Shown one piece after another: positions 59,234 to 64,000 of a stretch of 64,000 nt of DNA. Every line of letters begins with the position of its first letter. Position 1 is the stretch's first letter. The DNA is from an uncultured Spirochaetota bacterium. Its GTDB lineage: Bacteria; Spirochaetota; Spirochaetia; SZUA-6; Fen-1364. The notes under the pieces are model-generated. The model saw nothing but the letters and a program-made list of their open reading frames with translations. It was not told where the DNA came from and did no database searches. A program made the translations under genes and the position numbers. The stretch spans positions 96,001 through 160,000 of the forward strand of contig CAWAHW010000003.1 in NCBI GenBank assembly GCA_963781885.1. The letters run 5' to 3'.

Positions 59234-60069
59234 AAAAGGCAACCGCGATCAATGCGAGCGCGCGGGTGCTCGTCCAGGTCTTCCTGCTTGTGCTCGTCAT
59301 CGGCTCGCTTCTTCCCCTCTACAACGTGATCGCCGCCAGCTTCAAAACCGGGGACGAGTACGTGGCGAACCCTTTCTTACCCGCGAAAGCGCCGACAGGC
59401 GACAACTACGTTTACGCCGCGCTCACGGCAAGGCTCCTGCACTACGCGGTCAACAGTCTCATCCTGGTGCCGCTGGGTCTCGTGCTCTACCTGGCAGTAT
59501 GCGTCTCCGCGGGCTATGCGTTCGGGAAGATGCGGTTCCGCCTGAGGCGGCCCCTGTTCTTGCTGGTGCTCTTCCTCACGATCTTCCCGCAGCTCCTGCT
59601 GGCAACCCAGGTCTTCAGGCTGATCTCCCTGCTGCACCTCACGAACACCGGCGCGGGCGTGATCCTCTCCTGGGTGGCATACTTCTCGCCTTTCGGGACC
59701 TACATCATGACCACCTACTTCACCGACATGCCCTACGAGCTCGTGGAGGCGGCGCGCATGGACGGCGCCTCCCATTCCCGAATCCTCGTGACCGTGATGA
59801 CGCCTCTGGCCATGCCCATGATCGCGACAATCGCCATCATCGGTTTCCAGTCCATGTGGAACGAGCTCCCGTTCTCCCTGCTCATTCTGCAAAACCAGGC
59901 TTCACGCACCCTCACGCTCGGCATTGCCATGATGAGGGGAGAGTACGGCATCGCGGTGCCCGCACTGAGCGCGGCCCTCGTCATTGCCATGGCAGTGCCT
60001 CTGCTCATGTTCCTTATCTTTCAGCGCCGCGTCACACTCGGTGCGACCGCCGGCGCCATCAAGGGGTGA
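59230..60069 (+). CDS. Carbohydrate ABC permease
   Basis: ELVEAARMDGA, WNE, GATAGAIKG; ATGA overlap with the upstream gene. Confidence 0.93.
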   Translation: MKKATAINASARVLVQVFLLVLVIGSLLPLYNVIAASFKTGDEYVANPFLPAKAPTGDNYVYAALTARLLHYAVNSLILVPLGLVLYLAVCVSAGYAFGKMRFRLRRPLFLLVLFLTIFPQLLLATQVFRLISLLHLTNTGAGVILSWVAYFSPFGTYIMTTYFTDMPYELVEAARMDGASHSRILVTVMTPLAMPMIATIAIIGFQSMWNELPFSLLILQNQASRTLTLGIAMMRGEYGIAVPALSAALVIAMAVPLLMFLIFQRRVTLGATAGAIKG

Positions 60070-60099
60070 GCACTCGTTGCCCTGCAAGAGGAGTCTCGC

Positions 60100-60984
60100 C
60101 TGAGCACATACGACATCACATTCGTCGGGCATCTCTGTCTTGACGAGATCACGCCGTACCACGGGAACACCGTCGTTGCTCCCGGCAGCGCGGTGCTCTG
60201 CGGCGCCGTTGCTGCCGCCCGCATCGGCCAGCGCGTGGCTGTCGTGACGAGAATGGCGCCCGCCGACGACGTGATCCTGCGGCCGCTTCTCGATCTGGGC
60301 GTGGAGACGTTCGTGATCCCCTCGCCGGAAACGTCCTACTCGGTGGTCATCCATCCGACTCCCAACGTGGACGAGCGCATCCTGAAGCTCGCGCGCAGCG
60401 CCGGGCCCTTTGCCGTCAGTGATGTTCCGGCGATCGCCACGCGCGACCTGCACCTGGCCGGGATCTCCGACCAGGAGTTCAGCCTGGATTTCATCCGCGG
60501 CTTGAAGGCTCAAGGCTACCGCCTGTCGGTCGACATGCAGAGCTTCGTTCGCCAGGTGGACCCCCATACCCGCACGATCGAGTTCCGCGACGTTCCCCTG
60601 AAAAAGGATATCGTTGCGCTGATGAGCAAGGTGAAGCTGGATGTCGTGGAGGCCAGGGTGCTCACCGGCACCGATGACCTCGAACAGGCGGCGCGCCAAA
60701 TCGAAGCCTGGGGCAGTCCGGAGACGGTCATCACGCATGCGGAAGGCGTGCTCGCCCGAGTGAATGGCCGGACCTACTATGAAAAGTTCTCGAACCACAG
60801 CACGGCGGGGCGGACGGGGCGGGGTGACACGACTTTCGCCGCCTATCTTGCCCGACGCGGAGATCACGACGTCGCGGAATCGCTGAAATTCGCGGCCGCG
60901 CTGGTCTCAATCAAGATGGAAACTCCGGGGCCTTTCCAGGGAACGCTGGCCGACGTTCTCACGCGCATGGAACAGGAGCATTGA
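60100..60984 (+). CDS. PfkB/ribokinase-family carbohydrate kinase; apparent CTG start
   Basis: YDITFVGHLCLD, PGSAV, SVDMQ, GRTGRGDTT (variant of GAGD). GAGGAG lies 6 nt before CTG 60100; in-frame stop at 60067. Confidence 0.85.
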   Translation: MSTYDITFVGHLCLDEITPYHGNTVVAPGSAVLCGAVAAARIGQRVAVVTRMAPADDVILRPLLDLGVETFVIPSPETSYSVVIHPTPNVDERILKLARSAGPFAVSDVPAIATRDLHLAGISDQEFSLDFIRGLKAQGYRLSVDMQSFVRQVDPHTRTIEFRDVPLKKDIVALMSKVKLDVVEARVLTGTDDLEQAARQIEAWGSPETVITHAEGVLARVNGRTYYEKFSNHSTAGRTGRGDTTFAAYLARRGDHDVAESLKFAAALVSIKMETPGPFQGTLADVLTRMEQEH

Positions 60985-60987
60985 CGT

Positions 60988-63333
60988 ATGCATCTTTTCA
61001 AGACATCGGAGAAATACTTCCAGGTTCATCCATGGACGGTCGTCGAAGAGGGCTTTGATCCCCGGAAACAACGCCTGGCAGAATCGATCTTTTCCCTGGC
61101 GAATGAGTTCATGTGCGTCCGGGGATACTTTGAAGAAGGCTACTCCGGGGATCACCTGCTGGGGAGCTATTTCAGCCAGCTGTACGAAGTGCTGGACGTG
61201 GACTATCCCCAGGTTTTCAAGGGTTTCGTGACGGAGGCCGCCAGCATGATCACCGCGGTGGACTGGCTCTACACGCGGATCACCCTCGACGGGGAAACCC
61301 TGGACCTGGCGACGGCACAGTTTTCGAGTTTCAGGCGCACGCTCGACCTCCGCGACGCCACCCTGGCGCGGGAGCTCGTCTGGACGACCCGCAGCCGCAA
61401 GCAGCTGAAGCTGACGTTCAACCGTTTCACCGATATCGATTCCACCGCGCGGGGGTGCCAGAAAATCACCTTCGAGCCGCTCAACTTCTCCGGCAAAGTG
61501 ACTGTCTGCAGCGGCCTGGATTTCAACACAATCTATGAGCTTGCGGCGGGGTGGGACCAGACCCAGGGAACGGGCGCCAGCAAGGAAAAGTCCGCCGAGA
61601 CCAACTTCTGGACGTGCGAACGGCGGCAGCGCCTGGGCGATGTTTGTGCGATTCAGGCCCGAACCCAGAGGAGCGGCTGTCACCTGTTTTCAAGCTTCCG
61701 CGTCTCGGCCGATCAGCCGATCAAGCCCCGGCTCGTCGAACGGGAGAAGTTCATCGGGGTCGACCTGGCGCTCCACCTCCGGGCGGGGCAGGCGACGGTG
61801 CTTTCGAAAACAACGGTCAGCCATTGGGAACAGACGGAGGACGCCGAGCAGGTCTGGACCAACGGCCTTCGGCTTGCCCAGCGGCTCACCGGGACAACGT
61901 TTGACCAGGCCATGGAAAAGCATCGCCTGAGTTGGAGCCGTTTCTGGGACCGAATGGATATTGAAATAGACGGCGACCCGGAGATGCAGCAGGGCGTCCG
62001 CTATTCCCTGTTTGCGATGTACATCAACTATCATGGAGAAAGCGACCGGCGGAACGTGATCTGCAAGCTCGGAGGCGAAGTCTACAGCGGCGTCAACTTC
62101 TGGGATACTGAAATCTATTGTCACCGGATGTACATGTTCCTCGATCCCAAGATTGCGCGCAAACTTCTCATGTACCGTTACCACTACCTGCCCAGAGCGA
62201 TCCAGAACGCGCAGCGGGTTGACCTGGAAGGCGCCCGGTACCCGTTCTCAACCATCACGGGGAATGAGGAAAGCGGCACCTGGCAGCATGTCGACCTGGA
62301 GATCCATCAAAACGAGGCGATCTACTACGCGATCTGGCATTATGCGCGCGTCTGCAGGGATACGGAGTTTCTGTACCGCGAGGGCATTGAAATGCTGCTC
62401 CAGATGTGCCGCTGCATGGCGAGCTGGGGCGGCTGGAGCCCGAAAAAAGGCGATTTTGGATTCTACGGAGTCATGGGGCCGGATGAGTTCCACATGATGG
62501 TGAATCACAACTGCTATACGAACTACCTTGGCAAGAAGATGTTCACCTATACTCTGGAGGTGCTCAGCGGGATGCAACGGGACGCCCCGGAGCTGTATCA
62601 GCAAGCGATTGCAAAAGTACAGCTGCGTCCAGAAGAGCCCGTGGAATGGAAGCGGATGGCGGAGAAGATGCGGATTCCCAAGGACGAAGCAACCGGCATC
62701 TACGAGCAGCATGACGGGTACTTCGATCTCCCGCACGTGGAAGTGAAGGACATCCCGATGTCCCAGATCCCGATCTACAAACACTGGGCGTACATCCGGA
62801 TTTTCCGATTCGATATGCTGAAGCAGCCCGACTTTCTCAACCTGCCGTATTTTTTCAGCCAGGACTTCAGCATGGAAGAAAAGCGGCGGAACTACGAGTA
62901 CTACGAGGCCCGCACCAGCCACGAATCGTCACTCTCCCCGTCCTTGCATGCCATCCTGGCCGCCGAACTGGGGAAGAGGGAGGAAGCATACAACTTTCTG
63001 GCCTATGCGGCCCGCCTGGACCTGGACAACTACAACAGGAATACCGAGCAAGGCATCCATTCTTCCTCGGCGGCGGGGGTCTGGGCGGGTATGGTCTCTG
63101 GTTTCGGCGGATTGCGCACCGACGCGGAGACGCTGATTCTCAATCCGACCATTCCGGTTCAGTGGACGGCGTACCGCTTCCGTATCTCCTATGCCAACGC
63201 GCTGCTCGCCGTGGAGGTCACTCGCGACATGGCGCGGTTCAGGGTGGTGGAGGGAGACGGCGTCATCGTGAGCATCTACGGCGAGGTCCGCCGGATCACC
63301 GCGGACGGCCTGGAGGTCATGATCCCGCAGTAA
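60988..63333 (+). CDS. Glycoside hydrolase family 65 alpha-glucoside phosphorylase/hydrolase
   Basis: ESIFSLANEFM..RG, YSG..FWDTE, GPDEFH (catalytic Glu), KQPD, HESSLS. Confidence 0.93.
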   Translation: MHLFKTSEKYFQVHPWTVVEEGFDPRKQRLAESIFSLANEFMCVRGYFEEGYSGDHLLGSYFSQLYEVLDVDYPQVFKGFVTEAASMITAVDWLYTRITLDGETLDLATAQFSSFRRTLDLRDATLARELVWTTRSRKQLKLTFNRFTDIDSTARGCQKITFEPLNFSGKVTVCSGLDFNTIYELAAGWDQTQGTGASKEKSAETNFWTCERRQRLGDVCAIQARTQRSGCHLFSSFRVSADQPIKPRLVEREKFIGVDLALHLRAGQATVLSKTTVSHWEQTEDAEQVWTNGLRLAQRLTGTTFDQAMEKHRLSWSRFWDRMDIEIDGDPEMQQGVRYSLFAMYINYHGESDRRNVICKLGGEVYSGVNFWDTEIYCHRMYMFLDPKIARKLLMYRYHYLPRAIQNAQRVDLEGARYPFSTITGNEESGTWQHVDLEIHQNEAIYYAIWHYARVCRDTEFLYREGIEMLLQMCRCMASWGGWSPKKGDFGFYGVMGPDEFHMMVNHNCYTNYLGKKMFTYTLEVLSGMQRDAPELYQQAIAKVQLRPEEPVEWKRMAEKMRIPKDEATGIYEQHDGYFDLPHVEVKDIPMSQIPIYKHWAYIRIFRFDMLKQPDFLNLPYFFSQDFSMEEKRRNYEYYEARTSHESSLSPSLHAILAAELGKREEAYNFLAYAARLDLDNYNRNTEQGIHSSSAAGVWAGMVSGFGGLRTDAETLILNPTIPVQWTAYRFRISYANALLAVEVTRDMARFRVVEGDGVIVSIYGEVRRITADGLEVMIPQ

Positions 63334-63432
63334 AGGCGCGGAGCGTCCTCTCTGACAGCCTTCGAGCCCCCGTAAAGCCTTGCCGATCCCCCTGATGGGC
63401 GTCTCTCCACGCAGGAATGATGCCGCGGGATC

Positions 63433-63493
63433 TTGACAGGCGAGTGTGGCAGGGGGTATTTTTATGAAACTGATTCTATGAAATCACTTTCAT
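63433..63493 (+). promoter_or_regulatory. Sigma70 promoter with palindromic (LacI-like) operator
   Basis: TTGACA (63433)-18 bp-TATTTT, then ATGAAACTGATT-N6-AATCACTTTCAT (11/12 inverted repeat). Confidence 0.7.
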
Positions 63494-63641
63494 GGACTCG
63501 ATGCACGTACGGCAGGCGGCCATGTGGCAAAAGGAGGTGAAAAGGTCCTACTAATTCGGTTTCAGCAGGCATTCGATCAATCCCGTTCCACGGTTGATTG
63601 ATTGCCGACAAGGGGAGTCTCAGGGACTCAGGAGGGATCTG

Positions 63642-63734
63642 ATGAAGAAGACTCTGAGTGTGTTGTCTCTACTCCTTGTATCGCTCACGACTTCTGTCGA
63701 CAAAAATCGAACCAAAGGGGGTTCACGCACATGA
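63642..63734 (+). other. 30-aa ORF resembling a truncated signal peptide
   Basis: AGGAGG, then MKKTLSVLSLLLVSLTTSVDKNRTKGGSRT-stop; the stop overlaps the next ATG (ATGA). Confidence 0.5.
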
Positions 63735-64000
63735 AACGCACGGCATTATTCACGTTGTCGCTGCTCCTCGTTGCCGCGGCTCTGTCATTCGCAGCAGGGT
63801 CCAAGGAGGCCTCCCCGGCTCCGTCCTCCGCGAATGCGTCTGCCGCGGCCCCGACTATCGGGACGGCTCCTATCGTGCTCAACGCCTACTTCGAGACAGG
63901 GTTCGACATCCCCTTCAAGCTCGCCGACGAGTTCACGAAGCAGTTCCCGAACGTGACCTGGAACATCAAGCAGGACCAGTTCGCGAATCTCATCAATGAG
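63731..64000 (+). CDS. ABC substrate-binding protein (5' part, runs off window end)
   Basis: MKRTALFTLSLLLVAAASLSFAAGSKEA...LADEFTKQFPNVTWNI. Confidence 0.82.
   Translation, partial: MKRTALFTLSLLLVAAALSFAAGSKEASPAPSSANASAAAPTIGTAPIVLNAYFETGFDIPFKLADEFTKQFPNVTWNIKQDQFANLINE

Noticed and set aside
56990-59242. 750-aa minus-strand ORF
   Set aside because: Antisense shadow of the binding protein and permease.
1-64000. CRISPR arrays, tRNA/rRNA genes, IS elements, integrases, phage or defence genes
   Set aside because: No repeat-spacer periodicity, cloverleaf, or transposase/recombinase motifs were seen by eye; weak or short cases could be missed.

Overview
High-GC bacterial chromosomal window. 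The lipoprotein and solute-binding-protein N-termini and the gene content suggest a free-living Spirochaetia-like anaerobe; this is an inference. I saw no rRNA, tRNA, CRISPR array, transposase or phage gene. 1-18.2 kb holds radA (partial), a large hypothetical protein, nadE, a pterin-type cluster (Zn-dehydrogenase, PTPS/QueD-like, GT4, methyltransferase) behind an ASKHA/RACo gene, a TetR module, a GH3 and a PAS protein. A truncated Crp gene follows. 19.4-34.3 kb is a more AT-rich, GntR-controlled catabolic island: ABC importer, two clan GH-A-like proteins, aldolase, DSD1-type PLP enzyme, amidohydrolase, FGGY kinase, two TIM-barrel isomerases and an ApsD-like dehydrogenase. A MocR/decarboxylase/racemase unit lies at 37-41 kb. 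The most intriguing locus is 40.9-48.5 kb: an XylR-like activator divergent from a GDP-mannose 3,5-epimerase-like gene, a GHMP kinase, a tandem nucleotidyltransferase and a monosaccharide ABC importer. It is a candidate Leloir-like NDP-sugar route for using a rare L-hexose. The rest is YesM/YesN-type two-component systems, more ABC importers, a PfkB kinase and a GH65. Several single-base frameshifts look like sequencing or assembly errors, and several tiny ORFs look like scars of internally deleted genes. All product calls come from motif recognition by eye, with no database search.
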